A DNA stretch of 64,000 nucleotides from Vicugna vicugna (Eukaryota): positions 744,001 through 808,000 of the forward strand of contig MU060887.1 of NCBI GenBank assembly GCA_013265495.1, in the 5' to 3' direction. A program made the translations under genes and the position numbers. The stretch's first letter is position 1. Each line of letters begins with the position of its first letter. Positions 39,907 to 52,199 of the stretch are shown piece after piece. Below the pieces are notes generated by a model that worked only from the letters and a program-made list of their open reading frames with translations, did no database searches and was not told the DNA's origin.

Positions 39907-40298
39907 GTATTAATTTGCTGGTGCTGCCTTAACAAAATACCAGGCTGGGAGACTTAAACAAAGGAAATTAATTTTCTCCCAGTCCTGGAGGCTGGATGTT
40001 CAAGATCAAGATGCCAGCAGGCTTGGTTTCCTCTCAGATCTGTCTCCTTGGATTGAGGATGGCCACCCTCTTGCTGCCTCTTCACATGGACCTCTTTGCA
40101 GGTGTGCCCTGGTTTCTGTGTTTCCAGTTTCTTCTTCTTATTATGCTACCAGTGAGATTGAATTAGGTCCACCCTAATGACCTCACTTTAAATTAATTAC
40201 CTCTTTTAAGGCACTTTCTGTCTTTAAAGGCACATTCTGAGACACCGAGGATTAGACATCAACATATGAATTCTGAGTGAACAATTCAGTCCATAACA
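39907..40298. mobile_element. MLT1A/B-like MaLR solo LTR
   Basis: tgtattaatttgctggtgctgccttaacaaaatacc...tggaggctggatgttcaagatcaag...aattcagtccataaca. Confidence 0.8.
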
Positions 40299-41399
40299 GT
40301 ACCTGAGATGTGTGTCATACACCCTCTGTAACTATTCCATTTTATTAATCGTACAGGAAGCATGTTGAAAGAGAGGAAAAAGAGGGACCTGATGCTTGAC
40401 CATAGTTTTATTTCTTCTTAAATTCCAGTATTTACACTATTACATCTGGAATGTTTCCTTAAAGAGAAAAATTACCTATAATTTACATATTCTTTAAAGT
40501 TATATGGCAAACAAGACATGCTGAAATTAACAGATTACAGGCAGTAACATGGGAGAATTCATTATATAAATTTATGATATTTACAAATGTTCAATTTGTG
40601 TAGGTGATGTTTAGTATCTGGCAAACACTAGAAAGGAAGAGGAAAAACTGAAACATGTCTGTGCTCCAAGGTTTTTTTTTCTATTTTTTCTACTTATTTT
40701 TTCCCAGAAGCTGGAACTAGTTTATTTCTAATTCTAGTAATAGCAATGGTGTGATTGACTGACTTGTGCCCTTAAATATTTATTATTACCTTCTAGGTAC
40801 TGGTATGAAGTTTGGCCAAAAATAAAAGCCCAAATTTCATAGCGGGTACATTCTACTGGGAGAAAGAATCTATTCTTATTTTAATATATAAGTAAATGGT
40901 AAAACTAGACTTCGTGATAAATACCAACATAAAAGTAAAGACTAATTAGGAAAACTATTTTAACAGACTGTTGTTATTACTTAACCATTTAGGATAATTC
41001 CACCTGTGGATCTGTTCACATCATCTATGGTGTTACTCTCTCTGATGTAACATGTTTGGAGAAGGAAGGAAAGAAGAAAAGATGTGAGTTTGACCTTGGA
41101 AAGGTTTGGTTTGATGTCCCTGTGAAACACCCCACTAATAACTTGCACTTGGCAGTGGCATATGTTGGTCCAGTGTTCTCTCTTAATGGCAGTAGTGCTA
41201 GAAAGAACTGCGGTTTTATAGAGGAGGAGGTCAGAAAGACAAGATTATGCTCGGCTGAGCCTTACTCACGACGCTTCAGTTCTCAGTGTGGCTCTCACTT
41301 CCTAAGAAAAGGTCCTCCCAACTCCTGACCCCCATACATCAGGAGCAAGCTCTCATGAGACACAGTCCATCACAATCCAAACAGCCAACCAGGTGGAAA

Positions 41400-41920
41400 G
41401 TAGGGAATCTTGTGCTGTGTTGCCCACTTAGCTCTTCAGTTAAAGGCTTATTTTTCAGGTGCAGGAAGTACAGCCATGTGACAGCCCTGAGCCTTCAGCC
41501 CTGAGAACTGCCCTCAGCTAAAGGAACCAGCCTCACCCAATGTCACACCACTCTGATCTCTAGCTGTGGGAGCCTAAGTGACTAACAGCCATCACTGTGT
41601 ATCCACCACTGTGTTTGCCCTCAGGTTGCTCCTGTTCCGTGCTGCTGACTGAGCGCAGCATGGGACCAGTGTGTGCCCACTCCCACGGGCACACGGTGAC
41701 ACTGCTCACCAAGTATGCAGGATGATTCCTATTCTTGGCACAAAGATCCTGAAATGTCAGGCAGTAGCACAGCTAGAAGCTCCGTGGGGCTTTGGCCGTG
41801 TCTCTGGAACTGTTGTCTCTTTAGCTGTCAAGACCTCCAAACCTGCAGAGGCCAGAAATGTGGAGACCTGGAGCACAAACTCCCACATGGCTTACTGGGC
41901 ATGACTTACACAGGATCACT
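41400..41920. mobile_element. LTR16-like (ERVL) LTR
   Basis: General resemblance (cagccctcagctaaagg, tgtcaggcagtag); family tentative. Confidence 0.35.
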
Positions 41921-42399
41921 TCTACTTCCAATCCTGGGACCACATCCTACAAATTGGAGATACAGCACACTGTGACTGTCATTGGCTGAGAGGGTATAAT
42001 GCCTCTTGCGAGTTGTATACCCAGAAATTCCTGTGTATTCAAATGCCTGCACTAAATATTATCATCCTCTTTGAAATTAAATGTGTTCTCATACCTTCCA
42101 TAAAATTGTGGGTCTAACTCTCTCATATTTGAACTCCCTGAAGGCTGTATCTTACCTCTGGCTTCCCCTACCCTGACAAATTTTACAGGTGATTTACATT
42201 TGCCACATGTATTTTCTCAATACTCCATCTTCAATTCAGTCTACCTGGATTATTGCGGCCCTTGCCCCCCATTTAGAGGTAAGACATGGAGCCCTCCCTA
42301 ATATCAGCAAAGGCTCCCATGTTTTGGTTCACACAGAAACTAATCATTCCTTCGAGTGACAATCATTCTTGTCACTTTTGAGTCAAACCAAAGATAGAA

Positions 42400-42780
42400 G
42401 AATTTCTCTTGGGAGAATATAACTTCTTCCCCCACTGTTGCCTACACATACGCAACTCTGGCTGGAAATTTTCCACTCTCTTATCTTTGTATCTCAAGGG
42501 AGCTGAGTTGTTTGGAGAGAGGAAAGTTACTAGAACCATTTATTTAATGAGGAGCCCTGAGAATTCAACCCTTGCAATGATAATAACATGTCCCTGTTGC
42601 CCATTTCCTATAATTTTCTTACCCCAGCCTCGGTGCAAACCCAAATGGGCTTCTCCAGGACACAGTGCAGAGAAGAGAAAGATTCAGTGATAACTGCTGG
42701 AGACTGTGTCCCAGGAAAGGCTCGTGGAGTAGGAAGAAAAAGAAAGTGGGTACTGGGCTCTACCTCTAGAACAGTGAGAC
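42400..42780 (+). promoter_or_regulatory. Candidate promoter of the OR7D4-like gene
   Basis: TCTCTTGGGA 42405-42414, TAATGA 42545-42550, TCCCAGGAA 42709-42717; short motifs only. Confidence 0.22.
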
Positions 42781-43071
42781 TAGAATAGCCCAGTATTTAT
42801 TTAGTCCATGATGGTGAAGTCTGTATAGTCTGCAAGTACTTTCATTTCTACTGAAACCAGTCCCGTTTCTCTTTTTGGAATCTAAAGCCTCTCTCCAGTA
42901 AGAGTTATTTCCCAAAGAGTCTCCACCTCTTCTCTAAACTTTCCCATAATTGTAGGCTCCTCTTAAGATTTCCACTGTGCAATCATTTATTTATCAACTA
43001 CTCACTGGAGATTTGCTATGCATAAGGTATTCTTATTCTCTATTTTGTTCCTCATGTGATTGGATTTTTCT

Positions 43072-43201
43072 TTTTTATTCTCTTTTTTTCTGAGGGGGAT
43101 GTAGTTGGGTTTATTTATTTTTGGAGGAGGTACTGGGGATTGAACCGAGGACCTTGTGAATGCTAAGCATGGCTCTACCACTTGAGCTATGCCCTCCCCT
43201 T
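43072..43201 (-). mobile_element. Camelid tRNA-derived SINE (Vic-1-like)
   Basis: TSD tggatttttct 43061-43071 / 43205-43215. Confidence 0.9.
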
Positions 43202-43346
43202 GACTGGATTTTTCTATTCGATTCCCTAACTACTTTTTGTTGGCAGATTCACCTTACTAATAGGACCTAATATCTCTATACTGAAGTTGCTGTTTCATCT
43301 TATCCACCGTATTGTATCTACAATATCATCTACAATGTAATTATTT

Positions 43347-43535
43347 ATTTATTTTCTTGAATTTTTTTTAAAAATTGAAGTAGTCAGTTACAATGTGTCA
43401 ATTTCTGGTGTACAGCACACTGTCCCAGCCATGCATATATATACATATATTCATCTTTACATTCTTTTTCATTAAAGGTTATTACAAAATGTTGAATATA
43501 GTTCCCTATGCTATACGGAAGAAATTTGTTTTCAA
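43347..43535 (-). mobile_element. 5'-truncated L1 3' end
   Basis: Same family as 539-808; perfect TSD acaatgtaattattt 43332-43346 / 43536-43550. Confidence 0.9.
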
Positions 43536-43970
43536 ACAATGTAATTATTTTTGACGTTTGGTACCCAGGCTAAAATCATTTTCTCATTTTAGCATTCTCT
43601 TTCAGTGTTTCAGAGAATATGGAGTGACTGAAGTTGGAGTAGACAGTCTTGTCCTGTTCATGAAGTTAATGCAAATATTTTAGTGTTTTCATGCAGAATA
43701 TCCTTTGGTTGCAGTTTTAAAATACCTAACCTTCACTGGGTTAAGAAATTGTCTTTATTTTCTTTATTTAGCAAGAGGCTCTCTCCTGGCTGCTCACCAG
43801 TGATGACTTACATTTTCTCAAATGAATTTTTGAGTGTGATTATGGTTATGATTACTCTTCATTTACCTATTTTTGAGATGAATTATGTTAGCAAACATCC
43901 TAGATTTAACCAGATAAGAGTTTTATTCCCAGAGCAGGAATTACTTATTCACGATTTATTATTCTTTTTA

Positions 43971-44101
43971 CTTCTTTGGGGGGGAGGTGATTGGGTTTAT
44001 TTTTTTTATTATTATTATTTTTTAATGGAGATACTGGAGATTGAACCCAGGACCTCGTGCATATTAGGCACACACTCTACCACTGAGCTATACCCTCTCC
44101 C
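43971..44101 (-). mobile_element. Camelid tRNA-derived SINE (Vic-1-like)
   Basis: TSD ttattattcttttta 43956-43970 / 44102-44116. Confidence 0.92.
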
Positions 44102-44537
44102 TTATTATTCTTTTTAAATATATATGAATGCATTTTATTTCATTTTACTATTCTATTTTTCGTCTATATTCAGGCATGTGATGAACTTAGTAATAATAAT
44201 AGCTATCATTTATTCAGATCCTATTGTACACAAAGGCATTTTTAACCCTCATGAAGAAGGTAATAGCAGTAACCACATTTTTAGAAATTAAAAGATAATA
44301 ATAAAGTACTTAAGGCATCTGAGAGTTAACTATCACAATAGGAAGCATCAGGTCATAGAATTAAGTTTCTCTGAGTTGAGAATCCATATATTCATAACAA
44401 TTAATGGGCTATTGGCATGAAGAAAGAATGGAGGTCATAAAGAAAAGTTTCTAAATATCTTCAACCATTTTGCAAAGGTCATATTATAGACGAAACTGGT
44501 TTATGTCCATAGCTTCAAACAGAATTAGAACCAGTGA

Positions 44538-44780
44538 AAGAGGGGAGGGTATAGCTCAGTGGTAGAGTGCATGCCTAACGTGCATGAGGTCCTGGGTTCA
44601 ATCCCCAGTGCCTCCATTAAAAAAATAGATAAATAAGTAAACCTAATTACCTCCCTCTCCCTCCCCTGGAAAAAAAAGAAAGCTGAAGTGGCTGTGAGAA
44701 TTGGGACCTTATTGGTGACCCCTTACTGGTGGCCCAGAAGAAAAATAATTTTTAAGAAGATTTTTTAAAAAGATAAAAAA
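44538..44780 (+). mobile_element. Camelid SINE with an extra 3' segment inside one TSD pair
   Basis: 17-bp TSD agaattagaaccagtga 44521-44537 / 44781-44797; SINE 44542-44680; unique segment 44682-44740; A/T tail. Confidence 0.9.
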
Positions 44781-45013
44781 AGAATTAGAACCAGTGAGTA
44801 GATTTATTTTTTTCTTCTAAATTTAAAAGTGGCTATTTAGTGGCTAATTAGATTTAAAATGAAAATGGTCTACAATCTGACTGAGTGAATCCTTGGCATT
44901 GGAAGGACATCAGCCTAAAGGTGGAATCATAAAGGTGATGACTAGCTGAGATGCTAGTTGGCTGTTCACTGAATAATGCTTTTGCCTCCTGCCCCAGCAG
45001 ACACACCAGCTAC

Positions 45014-45949
45014 ATGGAAGCAGGAAACCACACAGAAGAATCACAATTTCTCCTCCTGGGCCTCTCAGAGCATCCTGACCTGCAGCCCCTCCTCTTTGGT
45101 CTGTTCCNNNNNNNNNNNNNNNNNNNNNNNNNNNNNNNNNNNNNNNNNNNNNNNNNNNNNNNNNNNNNNNNNNNNNNNNNNNNNNNNNNNNNNNNNNNNN
45201 NNNNNNNNNNNNNNNNNNNNNNNNNNNNNNNNNNNNNNNNNNNNNTCCCGAAGGGGCTAGTGAACCTCCAAGCCCAGAGCAAAGACATCTCTTACACAGG
45301 ATGCCTCACTCAGGTGTATTTCTTTATGATTTTTGCTGTAATGGATGGTTTCCTCCTGACTGTGATGGCCTATGACCGCTTTGTGGCCATCTGCCACCCC
45401 CTGCACTACATGGTCATCATGAGCCCACGCCTCTGTGGTCTCCTGGTTCTAATGTCTTGGTTCATCATTTTCTTGGTGGCCCTGGTTCACATTCTACTGT
45501 TGAGGCGGCTGACCTTCTGTATTGGCACTAAAATTCCACATTTCTTCTGCGAACTGGCTCAGATGATCATGGTGGCCTGCTCTGACACCCTAGTCAATAA
45601 GATCTTCTTGTTTGTGGCAACTGCCCTGCTGGGTGTGTTTCCCCTCACTGGGATCCCCTTCTCTTATTCTCGAATTGCCTTGTCTTTGATGAGAATGTCC
45701 TCGGCAGGGGGGAAATATAAAGCATTTTCCACCTGTGGGTCTCACCTCTCTGCGGTCTCCTTGTACTATGGGACAAGCCTGGGGGTCTATCTCAGTTCTC
45801 ATGTGACCCATTCTCCCCAGAGTTCAGCTGCCTCCGTGATGTACACTGTGGTCACCCCCATGCTGAACCCCTTCATCTACAGCCTGAGGAACAAGGACGT
45901 GAAGGGGGCCCTGGGGAGGCTGCTCGGTCGAGGAGCCCCTTGTCTGTGA
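45014..45949 (+). CDS. OR7D4: Olfactory receptor OR7D4-like, 311 aa
   Basis: [16 protein letters not shown], WFIIF..LVHILL.RRLTF...[17 protein letters not shown] and DVKGAL.RLL match recalled human OR7D4; acceptor cagcag at 44995-45000 precedes the ATG by 13 nt; 138-nt N block. Strict orthology versus other OR7D paralogues not tested. Confidence 0.75.
   Translation: MEAGNHTEESQFLLLGLSEHPDLQPLLFGLFXXXXXXXXXXXXXXXXXXXXXXXXXXXXXXXXXXXXXXXXXXXXXXXPKGLVNLQAQSKDISYTGCLTQVYFFMIFAVMDGFLLTVMAYDRFVAICHPLHYMVIMSPRLCGLLVLMSWFIIFLVALVHILLLRRLTFCIGTKIPHFFCELAQMIMVACSDTLVNKIFLFVATALLGVFPLTGIPFSYSRIALSLMRMSSAGGKYKAFSTCGSHLSAVSLYYGTSLGVYLSSHVTHSPQSSAASVMYTVVTPMLNPFIYSLRNKDVKGALGRLLGRGAPCL
45108..45245. other. 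N-masked block inside OR ORF
   Basis: 138 N; with flanks 141 nt = 47 codons, as expected. Confidence 0.9.
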
Positions 45950-47229
45950 TGGGCCCCGGGCCTCAGAACTAAGTGGACATTGTGAGGCTGCAAAGACAAT
46001 GGCTGTGAACTTGAATATCCTGCTTCTTCTCCACTAAGACATGCTGCATTTCTTCTATACTCAACGTACTTGTGACTTTTATTTGTTTTTGCATTAGTTT
46101 CTCCTCAAGCAACCTCCTCAGTGAGCCCTTTGTAACTTTTCATTCCTATTCGCAGCCCATACATTTCTGTCTTGGGCCAGTTTTCTTATAGCCAATCCGG
46201 CGATTTCCCACATTAGATTTGGAGAACTTACAGCACATGTGGCATGGTTTCCTCCAAACTATCCTTTCCAATGTTGATATTCTTCACCATAATTTTGTTG
46301 TGTGTTTGCTTTTCCCTGGAAGAAATGGAGTGAAAATCGCACAATAATCATAAGACAAGTGCTTCAAGTATCAAAGCCGTTCTTCTGGGTTTATGTGTAT
46401 GTTTTATGTTATCTTGACAACATTTCTTAAAGACAGTTTCTCTCAGGTACCCCATTTTTCAAAGAGATTGAGATTGGGATGGATTCTAACCTGGAAACCT
46501 GACACTGAGCCCACATTCCTAACTTTGCTATGAAACTTTTCCTGAAAACAGTGACCTGATTTTCAACTGCAAGAGTAGGAGTCTTAGATTTGAAAGCTGC
46601 TTCATTCAGGTAATTCGTAGTAATACATTGCATAGGATAACTCTGAGATACTGCTTCATTCTTTGCCTTCCTTCCTTCTTTCCTTTCTTCCTTCACTACC
46701 TTCTTTCACTGGACCTTCATTTCCCATCATTGCAGTTTTAAGATACATTCTAAGATCCCAAAACATGTAATAGTGAATACAATAGAAAAAAAGCTTTTCT
46801 CCCATGGTTTAATTTGTGGGGAGAGCACCCTATGGAGGTGCCAGTCGGAATGGCAGTTACACACTTGTGGGATGTGTTCAGAACTTAGCGCACGTTTTGA
46901 TGAGAATATTGATAGAACTGAGACTGCAGGGAAGGACGGAGCAGCAGAAGCGGTCACCATTTCTCCTGCACTCCCTGGGATCCTTTCACTCTCTCCATCG
47001 CGTACCAGCCTGACCGCCACTGTCGGCACCACATGGAACCTACTTTTCCCAGTGCATGATGGCACAAGTGACAAAGCATTGTGCTCCACCAGGGACAATT
47101 CTTGATGGAGAGGTGGGGGTATACCACGTTCTTCATCCCTTAGCTAGGATAACCCCGAAGTTTGGATTTTGTGCCATCTTCCAGAATTTCCCTAGAGGAT
47201 GAGAACCCTGCTCACTCGCTGGGGGAGCT

Positions 47230-47379
47230 GACTTAAGGTTAGAGTGATGGATGTACTGTCCTCCCTGTATCGCTTCTCTCTCTCTAACCCATGTTCCGTG
47301 GGTTCCCTTTGCTCCTTTGCTTGTATGTGAATCCTTGGCTCGGCATCTGCCTCTGGTGAACCAAAGCTAAGATGGGTGT
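47230..47379 (-). mobile_element. Old MaLR (MLT1K/L-like) LTR fragment abutting the broken KRAB exon
   Basis: Minus strand reads ggttcaccagaggcagatgccgagccaaggattc..., resembling the MLT1K/L start. Confidence 0.45.
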
Positions 47380-48632
47380 GTTCTCCAGCATCACATCTCT
47401 GTACAGGTTTCTCTAAAAGGGGTCCAGTAGAGTCCACTCCTCTTGGGTGAAGTCCATGGCCACATCAGCAAAGGTCACTGAATCCTAAGCCATCACACAC
47501 ACACTAGCTTCAGTAAATTAAAAACTCCACCAATGTTCACTGGCGAATGAAGACGGGAGACCCAATGGCAAGAGAGGGATTCAGGGTCTCTCATCATCTC
47601 CCCTGGGATGCACTGGTCCTGGGTTCCCTTCTCTTTCTCCACACTCACTTGTGATTGGTATCCGCCAACTATGGCTTTAATGGAGCATGTAACACATGAA
47701 CTTACCTCAATACAATGAGCCTAAAAGAACTTTATTTCCCTTTTGCAGCACAGTCCTAACCCAGTTGGAGACACGTGTAAATGCTGATGAATGAATACAT
47801 TTTTCGAGAAATGCACAATCATCTTTCTTACTATGTAAGAACACCAAGCAAAATTAAAACTATGCAGTCACCATCATGAGAAGCAATATTAGGAGGTAAT
47901 TATTGACATACTAAGATTATTCAGGCTAATCTGTCACCAGTATAAGAGCCTCCACTGTTGGAGGGAACTCATCAGGGACTCGGTTCTCCAATGGCTTTAT
48001 TTAAGAAGTTCTCAAGACAGGCCTGCCTAGAAGGAAATGGGTCCATCTGGTGGACACAGTAAATCATTTTGTAGAAGGATAACTTTCTTCTTACCTGAGG
48101 ACAGTTTCTCACACAATCAGCCACCATCTGTCTGCCTCTCTCTTTTCCTCAGGAAGGCAGAAAGGGTCCTTTGAAAGAACACCTAGGAGAAAAGGAAGGA
48201 GACAGGAGCACCTAGGGAGGACAATTCCCACATCCACTGCCCGGAAGTCATTCCATTCTAGCTCGAGATTCCCAAATATCCCTGCACACTCTGGAAATCT
48301 AGATTAGAGCTTCCTCTAATGTTTAGTGAAACAATATGAGGAAAATGTATTAAAATCTCTCACCAGGATTTTGGATGTGCCTATTTCTTCTTCCACTTCT
48401 GTCAAGCAATGCTTTGTATATTTGCAACAATATTGAGTAGATACACATCTAATTTTTTTGTATTTTTGGAGCAAGAGAATCTCTCATCATAATGACCTCT
48501 GTGTCCAAGTAATGCTTCTTGGCAATGCTGACATTAGGATCAGCTTCTTTTTGGAAACACTGGGTTTTTGCACATCATGGGTACCACCATGTCTGTTCTG
48601 GATGCCAATGTCTCCAGTACAAAGAGTAGTAT

Positions 48633-48742
48633 GAGGGAGAGGCTATAGTTCAAGTGGTAGAGCACATGCCTAGCATGCAGAAGGTCCTGGGTTCAATCCC
48701 CAGTACCTACTCTAAAAATAAACCTAATTACTTCCCCCAAAA
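48633..48742 (+). mobile_element. Camelid tRNA-derived SINE (Vic-1-like)
   Basis: Consensus match with aaacctaattac tail. Confidence 0.88.
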
Positions 48743-50149
48743 GATTGGCGATCAGCAGACAATGGAGATCCTTCACATCACTCCTCAAGCACACTGAAAT
48801 TATAGCTAAATACCTGTTCATAACATAATATACATCTCAGCTTTCAGAAATGTATTTAATTACTCTAAGAATGGAAGGGTGGGAGGAACAGTCTTCTTCC
48901 GAGCCCTCACACCAGCCCCAGCTTACCTGCACGCTTGTCTCCCACGGCCTCCCTGTATGGACACTAAGTGCTCTGGGTCTTGCGCTGGTAGTGGCACCCC
49001 AATTCCCTCTCAACATCTGCCCACCAGTCATGGCTCTTCTGCATCCCAGAGGGGTGCTTCCTCCTGGCCACCTAGCAAGCTTCCTGACATCCAGAGGGCT
49101 GCCATGGCACCTTCTCCAACAAGGTCTGAAGTCCACTCTTGGGGAGAAGGCCCCCTACATGCTTAGCCTTCCTTAAATACTCTTCATAAACTCTAGAATT
49201 TGGAGATGGCAGTCTAGGTCATGGTTTTGTGATAGACTTTTTAAAGGCAATTGAAATGCTGGAGGTGTTTGCAAGTCACTCTGTGTGAGGTAATGCAGGG
49301 CCAGCACCATCTCCCTGAAGCAGTCCTAGACATTTGGTCTCTTAGCTACTATGAGACTGAAATAATGGGGATCTATATCAATTTCTGCTACTTCACCCTG
49401 ATATGTAAACCTTTTCCCTAAATTAATGATAGAGTAAGTTTTAAAAAAGTATTAGAATTTCTCTTTACATCTTTATATTACACTTCTCCTGTTTAAATCA
49501 AAGTGTGATTTCTGTCTCCTGATTTCATTCTGACTCAGAGAGACCTGAGAAGGACAGTGAACCCTGGATACAATGTAGTAAATTGAGAATATGTTTGGAC
49601 AAGCCTTTGGACTTGAACAAAAAGCTGAGTGCCTTGCTAATACAAATGACATTCACAGAATCATAATAGTCAAGATACCTCTATGGTCTATTATGATACA
49701 GCTCTTCACTTGGGAGATCACTGAATGCTACTTTAATGGTACAGCAATCATTATGATTATGTTTGTGATTCTTTTGAGTGTAGTTGCCCAGAAAAGAACA
49801 AGCTCAGATCTGCTTTCTTGCAGCCCAAGTCAAAGTCATGAACCAGAGAGATCCTATGACAGTTTAAAAACTCATTTCTTGTGGTCACAGGGGGAAGATA
49901 TTGCTAAAAATCAAATACAATATTCAATTTTTCAACCATAGTTTAGAAGTCAGTCTCACACTCTTCATGTGAAAATTAGGGTACTGATCAGGAAAAGTTA
50001 AATAGGAAACTTGAAATGGAGACTTCTACATGGACCCAGATGAAGCTCAAGACACTCTAAACCTCCCTTATCAGAGAAGTAGAAAGCCCTTTGGTTTCTG
50101 AGACTAGCCTTCCGGCTTGACAACTCTGTGATTATCTTACTTGGAACAG

Positions 50150-50440
50150 TCTTTTTCAGATTCATTTCCATTACAGGCTATTACAAGATATTGAATACAG
50201 TTCCCTGTGCTCTACAGTAGGTCCTTGTTGTTGATCTATTTTATATATAGTAGTGTGTATATGTTAATCCCAAACTCCTAATTTATCCCTCACCCAACCC
50301 TTCCCCTTTTGATAAACTTTTTCTTATGTCTGTGAGCCTATTTCTGGTTTGCATAATTCTTTTTTTTTTTAGACTCCACACATAAGTGGTATCGTATGAT
50401 GTTTGCCTTTCTCTATCTGACTTATTCCACTTAATATGAT
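50150..50440 (-). mobile_element. L1 3' end fragment (same family as 539-808)
   Basis: Reverse complement of tacaaactactatatataaaatagat...gggaact. Confidence 0.85.
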
Positions 50441-51659
50441 GAGGCATGTTTTTGTAAACAAAGTTTCCCTGGATCATAGATATGCCCATTTGTTTCCTCA
50501 TGTGTCTGGCTATTCTCCCACTACAAGGGCAAAGCTGACTAATTGTGCACTTTTATAACCTACAAAGCATCAAGTAATTACTATCTGGACCCTTTCAGAC
50601 AAAATGTTTCCCAACCTCTGCTCTGAACCCAATTACCAACTGACAGGAAATATAAGACAGGAAAGAAAACTTAAATGTGCTCTGAAAATAAAAGAAGAAA
50701 TATCAAACTGTGTGACTTTCTAAAAGAACGCCTGGGACTCTTCAAAGAGTCAGTATAATGAATATAATAGACAAACAATAGCAAGTGATCTAGGTTTAAA
50801 AAAAGGGCAAAAGGCATAAGCAATTGCCATATATAGACCTGATTGTTTGAAACCAACCAAAAACATGTTTTGGGACAATGTGGAGAAGTTAGCGCTTTAG
50901 AGCAGATACAAGAAAACATTATGATTTTTACTTTTCATACGTCAAATAATGGTATTGTGATTTTGGTAGGATAACGCCCTTATCTTTAGGAGAATCGTTA
51001 CGAAGTACTTAAAAGTAAAGTATCATATATGCAATTTATTTTCAACTTACTCACAAAAAAGCTCACCATAAAATGTATTTTTAAGTCTACAGGGAGAACA
51101 AACATGTAAAATTCCAATAATAAGTGAATCTACTACAACGAACACTCATACTGGATAGTCACATTTTCTTGAGGTTTAAGATTTTACCAAAAAAAAAAAA
51201 GTGGGGGAAAATACACCTAGTCCAAACACCCTGTTTATGGTACCTCATTCTAGAACTAGTGTCATAAAGCCTCCACTACATCTCCTGGAGGCCCGTTTTG
51301 ACTCTGGAAAGTTCAGATGATGAGATAGCGAAGTACTCTTGGCGTTTTTTTCAGAAGAAAGATCTCTGATCTACGTTACGTTTATACTTATATATAGAAA
51401 TATGGATACCCTTGACACCTGAGAAAGTATCTTATCTTTCTACCTCTATGTAATACTCAAAAACAAAAAGGCACAAAGACAAAACCAAATTCTCAGATGA
51501 AACCTTTTTTTTTCATACGAAAAGAGGACCTTTAAAGCAACTTTCCCTAATACTCAGAGGAACATGGCAAGATCTCCAGGCTCGCAATACCTGGAGGACT
51601 TAAACAGCGGAAATTCTTTTCCTCGTGGAGAAAAGTCACAAAAAACACACTGGAGGCTT

Positions 51660-52160
51660 TGAATAAGGAAGCACAGTGAGAAATGGAGGGAAGCCATTCT
51701 AGCTTATACATGAGTTAACTTTAATTTTAAGCATATTTTAAAATAGCCTTTTGTGATCTATTAAACATATATTGTACACCTGCTTTAATTATTAAAGGAA
51801 AGTGCACAATGACCAGAAATAAAGAATTCCCATGTTAAAAACAAAGATTAAACGCCCCTCTTCCCGGGACACAGATGCTGTTACTCCCTTGGTAAGACTT
51901 CCTTCCCAGGTGCCAAGGCCGTACTGACTCACCCGTGTAGGTGCTGCTTTGTTCTTTGTTCTGAAACCCTGAAGCATTGTATCCCTGACTTTTTAATGTT
52001 TCTTTGTTCTGACAAGATGATAAAACTGTGCTAGAAGCCATGCTTCCCTGGAGCAGCGCCGCAGAGTAATTTGGGAAACGGGCTTCCAGGCTAGATCACA
52101 GTTTGGTTCAAAAAACTCTTCCCTATTCTTATTATTGTTTATTGGTTATTTACATCAACA
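51660..52160 (+). mobile_element. ERV1-like solo LTR in intron 1 of copy B
   Basis: Starts TG, ends tttacatcaaCA, LTR-like U3/R content; absent from copy A; no TSD identified. Confidence 0.6.
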
Positions 52161-52199
52161 ACAGTGAAGGACAACACCCCACAGAAGAGCCCTTACCAC

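Noticed and set aside
44951-45013. 21-aa N-terminal extension of the OR7D4-like ORF
   Set aside because: The upstream ATG precedes a good acceptor (cagcag, 45000) and is most likely intronic; MEAGNHT is the canonical start.
46727-47136. 110-123 aa ORFs downstream of the OR7D4-like gene
   Set aside because: No recognisable homology, splice context or poly(A)/TSD; probably chance ORFs or decayed repeat.
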